Shown in pieces: positions 47,551 through 56,968 of a DNA stretch of 64,000 bases. A program made the position numbers and the translations under genes. Source of the DNA: Candidatus Peregrinibacteria bacterium. GTDB taxonomy: Bacteria; Patescibacteriota; Gracilibacteria; Peribacterales; Peribacteraceae. A model generated the notes under the pieces. The model was not told the DNA's origin, did no database searches, and was given only the letters and a program-made list of their open reading frames with translations. The stretch lies in the NCBI GenBank assembly GCA_043798355.1, contig JAZDOT010000010.1, positions 53,729 to 117,728 on the forward strand, read 5' to 3'. Positions within the stretch are counted from its first letter, which is position 1, and every line of letters begins with the position of its first letter.

Positions 47551-47709
47551 TGTCTCATTTGTCTCATATGACAGACGAAATTCTTGTTGTCCAGTATGGC
47601 TCTGGAAGCCTCCTAAGTACTGTCACATTTGTCACATTCAGCCCCATCAGTACTATTCGAAATTGTTCGGATTACCTCCTCCAAAGTACTGTCCGATTCT
47701 GTCCAATTC
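47551..47709. repeat. Periodic TGTCnnATT doublets
   Basis: Doublets start at 47551, 47621, 47654 (degenerate) and 47690; the last three are preceded by AGTAC. Confidence 0.65.
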
Positions 47710-47798
47710 ACCTCCGACCCGTCCCCCTCCGCATCTTAGTTTTGACCCTCCGAAAGGGCTCCGAAAACTCCCGCAAGGCTCGGCTCTGGACTCACCCT

Positions 47799-47902
47799 CC
47801 CTGCCACCATGTGCATGTGACCGTTCTGCCTATACGCTACAAATTCTGCATTCTATCCAGGTTCGATTCCCTCTTGGGTCAGGCTGGTGTCCGTGGTGCC
47901 CT
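47799..47902 (+). repeat. 104-bp att-like direct repeat, copy 1
   Basis: Four mismatches to copy 3; contains CCTGCCA and a T-arm-like AGGTTCGATTCC. Confidence 0.92.
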
Positions 47903-47963
47903 GAAATATTAACTTTATAAGTTCTTGCAAACATGCTAAACTTTATATAGTTTCATATTCGCT

Positions 47964-48887
47964 ATGACTATTCCTCAAAAACTGCAGACGCTACAGCGGC
48001 TTTCCGGCCTGAGCCAAACCGAGCTCGCAACAAAGCTCGGCGTCACCTTCGTGGCATTCAACCGGTGGATGAACGGCAAGGCTGTACCACGAAAGAAAGC
48101 GCAGGAACGCATTGATGCTCTGTACCGGGAGTACACGGGTCTGAAGGTCATTCCTGAGAAAGAGCTCGATGCAAAGAAGGGTATCGTTCTCCTCAAATCA
48201 AAGGGTGGCATAAACGTGCTCAATACCATCCTTGAGAATACGGATATTCGTGACCAGTTCGTTCTCACTCTGACCTACACCAGCAACTCCATCGAAGGAA
48301 GCACGCTCACAGAAGCGGAAACGGCAGTGGTGCTTTTCCAGAACGCAGCTCTGCCGGAAAAAACTCTGATGGAACAACTGGAAGCCAAAAATCATCAAAC
48401 GGCGCTCTTGCATCTCTTCGATCATCTCCATACACGCAAGCCTGTTGATGAGCATCTCTTGCTTAAGCTGCACGGGATGCTGATGAACGGTATTCGACCC
48501 GATGCCGGTTCTTATCGTCACCACGGCGTGCGCATCGTCGGTGCCGACCTTCCGACAGCGAATTATCTGAAAGTGCCTTCCCTCATGGGGGAACTTTCCA
48601 AAGATTTTATTGTCTCCCGCGGGGATATCATCACTGATACTGCGGATGTCCATGCCCGTTTCGAGCAGATTCACCCTTTCTCAGATGGAAACGGCAGGAT
48701 CGGACGGCTTTTACTGCATGCCATGTTGCTCGGGAAGAATCTTCCGCCGGCTGTGATCCGACCGGAGCGCAAGCGTCTGTATTATTCCTTTCTGAATATC
48801 GCTCAGAAAAAAGACGATACGAGCCTGCTCCAGGATTTCTTTTGTGATGCCATTCTTGATGGATGGGATATCGTCGACAGGAGATGA
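47964..48887 (+). CDS. HTH-Fic protein (class II, internal inhibitory helix)
   Basis: N-terminal XRE HTH; TSNSIEG; HPFSDGNGRIGR. Confidence 0.92.
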   Translation: MTIPQKLQTLQRLSGLSQTELATKLGVTFVAFNRWMNGKAVPRKKAQERIDALYREYTGLKVIPEKELDAKKGIVLLKSKGGINVLNTILENTDIRDQFVLTLTYTSNSIEGSTLTEAETAVVLFQNAALPEKTLMEQLEAKNHQTALLHLFDHLHTRKPVDEHLLLKLHGMLMNGIRPDAGSYRHHGVRIVGADLPTANYLKVPSLMGELSKDFIVSRGDIITDTADVHARFEQIHPFSDGNGRIGRLLLHAMLLGKNLPPAVIRPERKRLYYSFLNIAQKKDDTSLLQDFFCDAILDGWDIVDRR

Positions 48888-49409
48888 GGGTGCAGGCACG
48901 GACAGATCGCGCTGTCCTATGCCAGAAAACAAATCGGACTTCAACTTACGAGAATTCGTACAGGGATGATAGGTAAACGGAGGACCATAGCTGAGGGCAA
49001 GACGAGAACCTGATCCCAAGTTCAGAGTGGTTGTGTGCACATGGAAAAACCTCAAATGCAGCTTCAGCGAAAAAAGACTCAGTATTTCGCTCTCGAATGA
49101 TTCTGAGGAATAGCCAGAGGGAGAGGCAGTCAAAATGAGCTTCTCATCCTTGGTGTATTTCAATCTGTCCCCTTCAGCCAAGGTAACGCGCAGAGTGTAC
49201 GTATGGAGGGTATGGATGTAGCTGTTCTTGTGCATGTTGCCCCACGCGCTAATTAGACCATCTTCGTATTGCAGCATCCCACCGACTGAGCACTCAGAAA
49301 CAATTTCATGCTGCTCAATGTATCGCTTGCCTTCAGATATGCTCTTCGTTCGCTCCATTTCTCGAATCCAGAGCATCCGATCATCGGTATTCCTGTCTTT
49401 GATTACCAT
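48888..49409 (-). pseudogene. Probably 3'-truncated hypothetical gene
   Basis: About 170 plausible codons, then the frame runs antisense into the Fic gene. Confidence 0.4.
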
Positions 49410-49418
49410 GCAGCCATT

Positions 49419-49583
49419 TTACCCGTGCGGCGGATAAACCACACGAAGACTGCTGACTCTCGGATGCTCTTTGGGGGACTGATAGATGCCAGCGCGCTTC
49501 TCCATTTCGATGCGCCGAGCGATGTTCCCGAGAATCCTGAAATACTCGCGATAGGCCGCGAGCTGTTTTTCTGTGAAGTGCAT
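49419..49583 (-). CDS. Small helical hypothetical protein (54 aa)
   Basis: Manual translation MHFTEKQLAAYREYFRILGNIARRIEME...; TATAGT 8 nt upstream. Confidence 0.45.
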   Translation of the reverse strand: MHFTEKQLAAYREYFRILGNIARRIEMEKRAGIYQSPKEHPRVSSLRVVYPPHG

Positions 49584-49618
49584 AGACCTGCACTATATCG
49601 GACTTCCGAATTCAGAAT

Positions 49619-50656
49619 CTATCGCTCTTCAAACCAATATCTTGCCAGTACAGTGATAAGCAAGGCCGTGAAACACAATCCAAAAAACGTTTCAATCAGA
49701 TACCACACCTGCAACACTGGCGAGAGCGTGTTCAGCAATTCTGTACGTATGCCGATTGTCAGAAATGCGCCCGCTCCAAACAACAATCCTTGGAGTGAAC
49801 CAAAGACCGCGACAAAAGGAATCGAGAGCAACAGAAAGCCGAATATCATCAGGAGGAATGTGCTCTGCGGTCGCACACCATAGCCTGCAACTGCTTCGAG
49901 GAAATACCCTCCCACCTTCTCCATCCCTCTGCGGTTGTGACGAGTTACCGCCTGCTTTTCCAAGAAGAAGAACTGTCGGGATTGCTTGGTTACACGGCCT
50001 TCAAGAAACCCTTCCTTGATCCCCTTGTATACCTCCGCAAGATCGGTTTTCACCTGCTTGTACCCTTGGCTCTCGGGGAACCAATGACTGATCGGCGAAA
50101 AGTGTCTGAATTGTGTACTCTCATCGAACTTACAATCATGGAAAGTAGGCTGCTGGAAAAAACAATTTTCAAATGTGGCACCGGATAGTTCAGAATTACT
50201 GAACGCAAAATGCTCGACGAAATCGCAGTCGATAAATTGAACGTCCTCCAATGATGCGCCAAACAATCCCATATAGGCGAAACCGCAATCAATGAATTTA
50301 CATCTCCTGAAAATCGTATAAGCAAAATCACAGTTTGGGAAAGCGGCGCCGCGCAGAGTGCAGTCCTGAATCACGCCATACGAGAAATTGATGGCCTCAA
50401 AATTGTCACCACGAGGAAACTTGATATCCAAGTTTCCGATCCACATACCGCGCAAATCCCACTGGTTTTCCATCGTTGGAAGATTCCCGCTCTGAAAATC
50501 GTATTGCAGAAAATCCTCGCCACCTCCTTCCTTGATTTTTTCAATGATTGCCAGACGATCCTTGGCTCCTTGTTTCGTACCGTGTTGCCACCTATCGAAC
50601 AAACGATCTTTCTCTTTCTGGCTATATTGCGGCAGAAGATGAAGGGGTGTGAACAC
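49619..50656 (-). CDS. Pentapeptide-repeat protein with a C-terminal membrane (channel-like) domain
   Basis: Runs of five-residue F-x-x-C-x type repeats; GYGVRP followed by TM helices. Confidence 0.8.
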   Translation of the reverse strand: MFTPLHLLPQYSQKEKDRLFDRWQHGTKQGAKDRLAIIEKIKEGGGEDFLQYDFQSGNLPTMENQWDLRGMWIGNLDIKFPRGDNFEAINFSYGVIQDCTLRGAAFPNCDFAYTIFRRCKFIDCGFAYMGLFGASLEDVQFIDCDFVEHFAFSNSELSGATFENCFFQQPTFHDCKFDESTQFRHFSPISHWFPESQGYKQVKTDLAEVYKGIKEGFLEGRVTKQSRQFFFLEKQAVTRHNRRGMEKVGGYFLEAVAGYGVRPQSTFLLMIFGFLLLSIPFVAVFGSLQGLLFGAGAFLTIGIRTELLNTLSPVLQVWYLIETFFGLCFTALLITVLARYWFEER

Positions 50657-50806
50657 GAAAGTATCATAGCTGGATCATCAGGAACTCAAGAAATCAGTTG
50701 TGGCGTTGAGACGATAGCTGGAGGAGGAAGGTAATACCCTTCCAGCCATAGCACCTTCCTAAGTGGCTAGGAATGGCTAGGATTTGATGGTGCATCGTGG
50801 AATGAT

Positions 50807-51730
50807 ATGCGCATGTCCCTCTTCTCCCTCTCCGGTCGCTTCAGTCGCCTGAAGGAAGCCCCCTTCACGCAGGAGCGGGAGATGCAACGGCTGGTGGAGG
50901 GAGAGCTGCCAGAACTTTTCGGCCTCCAATTCGTCACGAGCGAATTTGCGCCACACAATCACCTCCGCATTGATACGCTGGCGTATGATCCCGAGCAGAA
51001 GAGTTTTGTGATCATCGAATACAAGAATGGCGGGAGCTGGTCGGTCGTGGATCAGGGTTTCTCGTACCTTTCGCTCCTCCTCAACAACAAGGCGGATTTC
51101 GTTCTCAAGTTCCAGAAATGCGGCGGGAAGAACTGCGACATTGCTGACATCAACTGGGAAGCATCGCGAGTGATCTTCATCGCTCCATCATTCAACGTCT
51201 ACCAGACGGAAGCTGTCGGCTTCCAGAACATGCCTTTCGAGCTATGGGAGATTCGACGGTACGAGAAGGGCATCCTCGCACTGAATCAGCTACAAACAAC
51301 AGCGCGAGCGGAGCTGCCGCAGATGAACCTCTCGAAAGAAGCGAAGCAAGTACGGTGCGAAGTGAAGAGCTACACCGTAGATAATCATTTCAAGGAAGGC
51401 TGGGGCGACGGCCGCGCTATCTTCGATGCGCTCCTGCCTCAACTGATGAAATTGCATCCGAGTTTCGCATTGCATACAACCAAGAGTCACATCAGCCTGA
51501 AGATCGGATGGAGAGTCGTGTGTTACCTCCACGCGCAGAAACATGGCCTTGTGATCGATATCGCACGTTCACGACCAAGGGACTTCAAAGACCCCGAGAA
51601 GCGAGTGAAGTACATACAGAAAAGCATGGAGCATTGGGGTCAGCACGTGTCAAAATTTATCCTCCGGTCAGAGGACGATGTCCCCTACGCCCTGATGCTG
51701 GCAAAGCAGGTGGTGAAGAAATACGTATAG
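50807..51730 (+). CDS. PD-(D/E)xK nuclease (NucS-like) with a DUF5655-like C-terminal domain
   Basis: RIDTLAYD..VIIEYK..QGFSY; HWG near the C-terminus. Confidence 0.75.
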   Translation: MRMSLFSLSGRFSRLKEAPFTQEREMQRLVEGELPELFGLQFVTSEFAPHNHLRIDTLAYDPEQKSFVIIEYKNGGSWSVVDQGFSYLSLLLNNKADFVLKFQKCGGKNCDIADINWEASRVIFIAPSFNVYQTEAVGFQNMPFELWEIRRYEKGILALNQLQTTARAELPQMNLSKEAKQVRCEVKSYTVDNHFKEGWGDGRAIFDALLPQLMKLHPSFALHTTKSHISLKIGWRVVCYLHAQKHGLVIDIARSRPRDFKDPEKRVKYIQKSMEHWGQHVSKFILRSEDDVPYALMLAKQVVKKYV

Positions 51731-51732
51731 CC

Positions 51733-52188
51733 ATGAACTTTGAACACCATGCAGATCGGGTATTCTTCGCCTCTCTTCTCTGCGAGGGCGACGTTGCGCT
51801 GTTGGCTGAACTGTACGGTCAACTCTTTGACTTCCGTCCTCCCGCCGTAAAACGTGCAGAGTTCAACCGTCTCCGGCCACGGCTCCTTGCCGATCTCATC
51901 AGACAATTTGGCCGCGTGTGCATGTTGCAGTACCCATCTCTCTGCCAAGGTGGTGCCATTCTGCAAGTTGATCACTTCATTCCGCTCTCATCCAACGTGC
52001 TCAACAAGATGATCCGCCAACTACCTTCGGAGACAGGGAAGAAAGTGCAGACACAAAGTTTCGGCTCGAACAACCCAGCAAATCTGCTACTCGCTTGTCC
52101 TCGGTGCAATGCGTTCAAGAAACACCGGATGCCGACCAGAGAACTCATGACGACAGTGAATGCGATCAAAACGGAGAGAAAGACTTGA
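51733..52188 (+). CDS. HNH endonuclease
   Basis: QVDHFIPLS..SNNPANLLLACPRCNAFK. Confidence 0.85.
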   Translation: MNFEHHADRVFFASLLCEGDVALLAELYGQLFDFRPPAVKRAEFNRLRPRLLADLIRQFGRVCMLQYPSLCQGGAILQVDHFIPLSSNVLNKMIRQLPSETGKKVQTQSFGSNNPANLLLACPRCNAFKKHRMPTRELMTTVNAIKTERKT

Positions 52189-52213
52189 CCCGTTCTGCAG
52201 CCATGACACACGA

Positions 52214-52864
52214 TTACCAACGATGCCAATCGCGAGAGGCGTTGGGATATCGCCAGAAATTCTGATATTCAATTCTCCGAAAGTCCGAAGAAGGTGTCTG
52301 CTTGGTGTGCAATGACACCGGAAAGAGAAAGCCGGCTCCAATGAGAAAGAGGCCGATAGCAAATACAACAAAATACAGCTTCCTTCCGAGAGACCACGGA
52401 GTCTGTTGAGCCATTGCGAACGAACCTACATTTGAATTTTCAGTGAACTGATTCTTCGCTGTCATGAGTTCTTTCTCTTTCTCCTCTGTCTGGTGATCGA
52501 CTAATTCATGGTATTTGTCCAGCAGTTTTGAAAGTTCGGCGTGCAGTTTTTCCGCTTTCTTCCATGCGAAATCCCGATTGATATGATGCTGCTCATCTTG
52601 GATGAAAAAATTCCAAAGTGCATTCAGGATGAGCACGGCCATACCGATCACTGTGATCAGGTTATCAATGCTTAATTCAGGATTCAGTGCAATCACGGCG
52701 CCGACGATTCCAAAAGCAAGAATGTTCATCTTACTGTGCTCCTCATCAATAATGCGCCGTTCTCCCTCATGCAGTTCACGATACTTTTGAAGATTCCTAT
52801 CGGTCTCTTCTTTGACACGAGTGATAATCGCGTAATGTTCATCGATGGTGCGCGTTAGTGCCAT
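52214..52864 (-). CDS. Hypothetical three-TM/coiled-coil membrane protein
   Basis: Hydrophobic segments alternate with charged helices. Confidence 0.65.
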   Translation of the reverse strand: MALTRTIDEHYAIITRVKEETDRNLQKYRELHEGERRIIDEEHSKMNILAFGIVGAVIALNPELSIDNLITVIGMAVLILNALWNFFIQDEQHHINRDFAWKKAEKLHAELSKLLDKYHELVDHQTEEKEKELMTAKNQFTENSNVGSFAMAQQTPWSLGRKLYFVVFAIGLFLIGAGFLFPVSLHTKQTPSSDFRRIEYQNFWRYPNASRDWHRW

Positions 52865-52940
52865 AACGAAAGTAGAATACACGATCATTCCCTGCGAGGC
52901 TGTCCGACTCCTGTTAATGGCTGTTCCCGTCGGAAGGCGG

Positions 52941-53888
52941 TTATTGTTCGTCTCCTTTCAGGCGACGATACTCCTCCATGCTCATGGAGCAGGAATCGCC
53001 CAACGTACCATCGGCCCCTACATGTTCAGGATTGAACACTGTCACTACTTTCCCACTGATAATCTCAACAGAATTCTTGGAACCACGATCGAAGACGAAG
53101 AGTTGGCCGTCCTTCAGAATGACAAGCAGGCCGGCTCGTGAAACGCCGCCTTCGCTTTGAGGGGGTGGCGGCAAACGAGAAGGAACCGAAACGCCACGAA
53201 CGCCGTTCACTTGAACACCGAACAGTTCGGATTTGCGAAGGTTTCTCCCGAGTATTGCTGCCTCACCGTCTCGAAGACGAATATTTCGATTTCCCAATGC
53301 AATCGTTACAACCCCATCGGCAGCCGCAGGGGAGACTTGATAGGACACACCGCTGTTCATGATGGTATGGCTCTCCGACGTTTCGAGGGCAAATCGCTCT
53401 GTAGGATCGAGTGTTTTATTCACTGCGTTCTTGCCGAAAGGATAGGCAACACGCGTCATGAGCAGCGCATCCTCACGGAAGAACGGTCGCTGCTGGAGAC
53501 CACGAAGCAGACTCACTGCACGCTCAAGGGCAGGCGGCGGAGCATTGGGAGGAACCAGTGCATGGTCTCCACGATACTGTTCGAGAAGAGCATCCGCGCT
53601 TTCATCGAAATCCAGTCGGCGGTCTTCCCGCAAACGATGGAGCAAATCCACGAGCAGGAGATATTCCTGGTACGAGAGGCTGGAAATTACTTGCGCAAGT
53701 TCTCGAACCTTTTGCTGAACAGCTTCCAGATGTCTTCCACCTTCGTGATCTCCTGAACGGAGAAGATCCCTTATGCTTCCGAGTGACTGTTCCGAGACAC
53801 TCTCAGCTTCATCCCGTATTGATCGTGGAAGTTCTGCTGGTACCCTGCTGCATTCTGAAGGAGAGCCAATGGAAGAGCTTTGCGCCAT
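52941..53888 (-). CDS. Hypothetical protein with a C-terminal FHA-like domain
   Basis: AILGRN..VSRAGLLV..DGQLFVFDRGSKNSV. Confidence 0.65.
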   Translation of the reverse strand: MAQSSSIGSPSECSRVPAELPRSIRDEAESVSEQSLGSIRDLLRSGDHEGGRHLEAVQQKVRELAQVISSLSYQEYLLLVDLLHRLREDRRLDFDESADALLEQYRGDHALVPPNAPPPALERAVSLLRGLQQRPFFREDALLMTRVAYPFGKNAVNKTLDPTERFALETSESHTIMNSGVSYQVSPAAADGVVTIALGNRNIRLRDGEAAILGRNLRKSELFGVQVNGVRGVSVPSRLPPPPQSEGGVSRAGLLVILKDGQLFVFDRGSKNSVEIISGKVVTVFNPEHVGADGTLGDSCSMSMEEYRRLKGDEQ

Positions 53889-54157
53889 TATGTATATAAT
53901 AACATAAAATGTACTATTTAAGCAAATCGCCGCCTTAAAAATGGACTGGCTGCACCAGATCAGGAATGCTCGGAACATCGTCGCCGGAGGACACGTAAAA
54001 GTTTCGGATTGCCTCTACGATGGGCTGCCATCCGGCTTCGTGTGGCTCACTTCGTTCGCCACACTACGCCGTGATTTTCCAAGAGAAATGCTCACTGGAA
54101 CGAGTAGGATGGCAGGGGTGGGAAGCCGCGGCGGAGCGCAGCGAAGACGGGCCGTGG

Positions 54158-54261
54158 GGCTGCCACTACGTGCACATGACCGTTCTGCCTATACGCTACA
54201 AATTCTTCATTCCATCCAGGTTCGACTCCCCGTTGGGTCGATCCCAAGTCCGTGGTGCCTT
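54158..54261 (+). repeat. 104-bp att-like direct repeat, copy 2 (more diverged)
   Basis: Colinear with copies 1 and 3; shares TGACCGTTCTGCCTATACGCTACAAATTCT and GTCCGTGGTGCC. Confidence 0.88.
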
Positions 54262-54299
54262 GGGGTACAACTTTGTCTCAAGTCCAGAGCTGGACCAGA

Positions 54300-54800
54300 T
54301 CATATTAACCTTTTCAGCATGTCGATATTTCTATCTCCATAGCCGTATTTCTCATAGAAGGCATGAGCATCGACGTTCGGTGCGAAACATGCGACACGGG
54401 CAAACTTGCATCCTTCCTGGAGGAAATACTCTTCCATGACCTTCATGAGTTCAGAGCCAAGACCGGATCCTCGCGACTTCTCCGAAACGATTAACTCCAG
54501 AATGGATCCTTCTTTCATGGGATAGGATTCGAGCATATCCGCATCAGACGGATCAGGGATACAGCCGATGATGCAGCCGGAAATTTCTCCATCTGTCTCT
54601 GCCACAAAGATTGCACCGTGCTCTTCCTGCACCTTCTTCAACGTCTTCTTCACATACGCCTCTGCATCAAAATCACTTCCGCTCTTCTGGCGATGATAGT
54701 GATCCAACGAAGCGATATGTTCCTGAAGCTGCACGATGAGACGTATCAGGTTCTCATGGTCTTCCTGCCTGTAGGGTCGAATCATCTTCATCTTCTTCAT
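54300..54800 (-). CDS. GNAT acetyltransferase
   Basis: IFVAE, LIVSEKSRGSGLGSELM, NVDAHAFYEKYGY. Confidence 0.9.
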   Translation of the reverse strand: MKKMKMIRPYRQEDHENLIRLIVQLQEHIASLDHYHRQKSGSDFDAEAYVKKTLKKVQEEHGAIFVAETDGEISGCIIGCIPDPSDADMLESYPMKEGSILELIVSEKSRGSGLGSELMKVMEEYFLQEGCKFARVACFAPNVDAHAFYEKYGYGDRNIDMLKRLI

Positions 54801-54869
54801 AATAAGCCTCTATTTGCTTTCTGTAAGCAAAATAGAGCATATAGCCGATTATTATGCTATAATGTAGAC

Positions 54870-55046
54870 GTGACCTTCGGCACAGGAATCCCTCTCCGGC
54901 AGCACTCCCCCTCTCTCCGCAGTAACAAAGAACGGGCGGTGCGCATCGTCGATGCTGCGGAGCGCAACAGCGTCATCGAAGGCCTCCCACGCTTCGGGAA
55001 ACAGCGGCGTGCGCAGATGATCCGGAAACTCACGAAGGCTTCGTAG
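54870..55046 (+). CDS. Putative VbhA-like Fic antitoxin (58 aa)
   Basis: NSVIEG inhibitory-type motif; TGcTATAAT 6 nt before the GTG. Confidence 0.6.
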   Translation: MTFGTGIPLRQHSPSLRSNKERAVRIVDAAERNSVIEGLPRFGKQRRAQMIRKLTKAS

Positions 55047-55683
55047 CATTGGTAAGAGCCTCGTGAATGACTGCCTCCATGAGAAGGTAATCCTGTTTTA
55101 TCAGAGCAGCTTTCGCAGCGGCAATGTATCGTTTCTTCCCGGTGGGAGTCATGTTGTACCGGAGAATCGGTCTCTTCGTCTGTGCGGAGAGAAGATCGGT
55201 GAGGAGTTTGATCGAACGAGCATTGCCTTCCCGGAACGGATGAATCGCGAGAAATTCGCCTTGGATATGCGCGAGAGCCTTACAGAAAGCGTCATCATTC
55301 TCTTGGATGCTCGAGGCTGGGTACTTCCTGAGGACATCCCGTTCATACTCTTTCATCGCCTGATCAAGATAATCCGGCGGAGGCCATGTCACCCCTGGCT
55401 TGCTGATGACAACCGTTCGGAAGCGTCCGGCCCAATCGTAGAGGTCGCCGAAAATGGAGTGATGGATATGCTTGAGCAGGGCATTGCTCATGGGAGTGTC
55501 GGATCGCACTTCTCCCAATAGTGCTTGATAGGCGTGCACGAGTGCATCTTCTTCTGCTTTTTGTAGTTCCTTGAGGACGATGATGCCATTCAAGTTTCTC
55601 ATGACTCTTCGCCCCGTATCCATGTATGCATTCTCTGATCCACCGACGGAGTAGCGCGATGTGCCCAGGTGATCATTAGTCAT
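55030..55683 (-). CDS. Fic-domain toxin (class I)
   Basis: IHHSIFGDLYDWAGRFRTV, HPFREGNARS. Confidence 0.9.
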   Translation of the reverse strand: MTNDHLGTSRYSVGGSENAYMDTGRRVMRNLNGIIVLKELQKAEEDALVHAYQALLGEVRSDTPMSNALLKHIHHSIFGDLYDWAGRFRTVVISKPGVTWPPPDYLDQAMKEYERDVLRKYPASSIQENDDAFCKALAHIQGEFLAIHPFREGNARSIKLLTDLLSAQTKRPILRYNMTPTGKKRYIAAAKAALIKQDYLLMEAVIHEALTNATKPS

Positions 55684-55779
55684 GTCAACATCGTACCAAA
55701 GATGCGTACTGCAAGCTCAAAAATGGCTTACTTGTCAGGCGACAAACTTCACAATATATCCAGGTTCGATTGTAATCGC

Positions 55780-55883
55780 CCCTGCCACCCTGCGCATGTG
55801 ACCGTTCTGCCTATATGCTACAAATTCTGCATTCTATCCAGGTTCGACTCCCTCTTGGGTCAGGCTGGTGTCCGTGGTGCCCT
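55780..55883 (+). repeat. 104-bp att-like direct repeat, copy 3
   Basis: Overlapped at its start by CAGGTTCGATtgtaatCGCcCCTGCCA (55761-55787), a degenerate tRNA-Trp 3' end. Confidence 0.92.
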
Positions 55884-55927
55884 CCCGCAATAAATTGCAC
55901 CTATACAGGTGCAATTCCCGATGATAA

Positions 55928-56923
55928 CTACTGTACAGCAGGTGCAAGGTATTGGATTTTTTTTCTGAAGGTATCAAGAAGACATGGGATCCCGATAGGG
56001 ATCGTTGCCAAAGGATCGGTATGGCCAAAATCCACGTTAGCGATGATCGGATAATTCGTTCCTTGTGTCACGCGCAGGAGAAGTTCACGAAGACGATTTT
56101 CGTCAAAGCCGACGATCGAAGGAAATCTCCCAAATAGCAATCCCCTTACATCTTTAAACATTCCTGCGAGTTGCATGTGCGTAAGAACCCGGTCGATATC
56201 GTGCGCTTTCATTTCCTCAGAATCTTCTAAGAAGAGCACCTTTCCTTTTGTAGTTGGTAGATACGATGTGCCGATCAGTGCTTGCAATGTGACAATATTT
56301 CCGCCCATGAGTGCACCCTCTGCTTTACCTTCGTGGATGATTGTCCATCCTGGATTCTGCTTTAATGCTCGAGTTTGTGGATCTTCCGGGCTTTTGAACC
56401 ATTCATCCTCTGCAAAGGTCGGACTCTCGGTGATGTCTACAATTGGCTTTGGGTCGCACAGTACTTCATCAAAATAACGCACGGTGTAGTCCATGGGATG
56501 GGGTTGTCCAAGAGTTGAGAAGTGAGGGCCGGAGAATGTGACGAGTCCGGTTTTCGCGTGGATACCGTTGTGGAGAGCTGTGATGTCACTATAGCCAAGG
56601 AAGATCTTCGGATTCTTCCGAATAGTTCCGTAGTCAAGGTGAGGAAGTAACTGATTGGAATTGAAGCCGCCGATAGCTGTGATGATTGCCTTGATCTTGC
56701 GATCTTCAAACATTTCCATCAGGTCGCTGACACGGTCTTCGATCTTCCCCCCTGTCTCATTCCAACGATCGGAACAGTGTGGCGCAAAACGAATGTCCAT
56801 TCCGCGATCACGAAAAAATTGCTGCGCAATCCCAATCCATTTCTCATGCACAATCGACAGCGATCGTGCAGGCGCTACGACTCCAACGGTGTCGCCTTCT
56901 TCGAGTCTTTTGGGGATCAACAT
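55928..56923 (-). CDS. S66 family peptidase (MccF/LdcA-like)
   Basis: IGGFNS, GYSDIT, GGNI, LFLED, DFGHTDP. Confidence 0.92.
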   Translation of the reverse strand: MLIPKRLEEGDTVGVVAPARSLSIVHEKWIGIAQQFFRDRGMDIRFAPHCSDRWNETGGKIEDRVSDLMEMFEDRKIKAIITAIGGFNSNQLLPHLDYGTIRKNPKIFLGYSDITALHNGIHAKTGLVTFSGPHFSTLGQPHPMDYTVRYFDEVLCDPKPIVDITESPTFAEDEWFKSPEDPQTRALKQNPGWTIIHEGKAEGALMGGNIVTLQALIGTSYLPTTKGKVLFLEDSEEMKAHDIDRVLTHMQLAGMFKDVRGLLFGRFPSIVGFDENRLRELLLRVTQGTNYPIIANVDFGHTDPLATIPIGIPCLLDTFRKKIQYLAPAVQ

Positions 56924-56968
56924 AGTAAGATATGATGCCAATGTTTCTTGTCTTATTCCAGTCATCTT

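Noticed and set aside
39182-47902. CRISPR-Cas locus suggested by the Csx3 domains
   Set aside because: No cas1/cas2/cas10/RAMP genes and no repeat-spacer array in the window; the 47551-47709 motifs are too short and degenerate to be CRISPR repeats.
47799-55883. 104-bp repeats as tRNA genes or integron attC sites
   Set aside because: Only a T-arm-like fragment with no cloverleaf; no RYYYAAC/GTTRRRY ends and no tyrosine integrase; the blocks are multi-gene and of mixed orientation.
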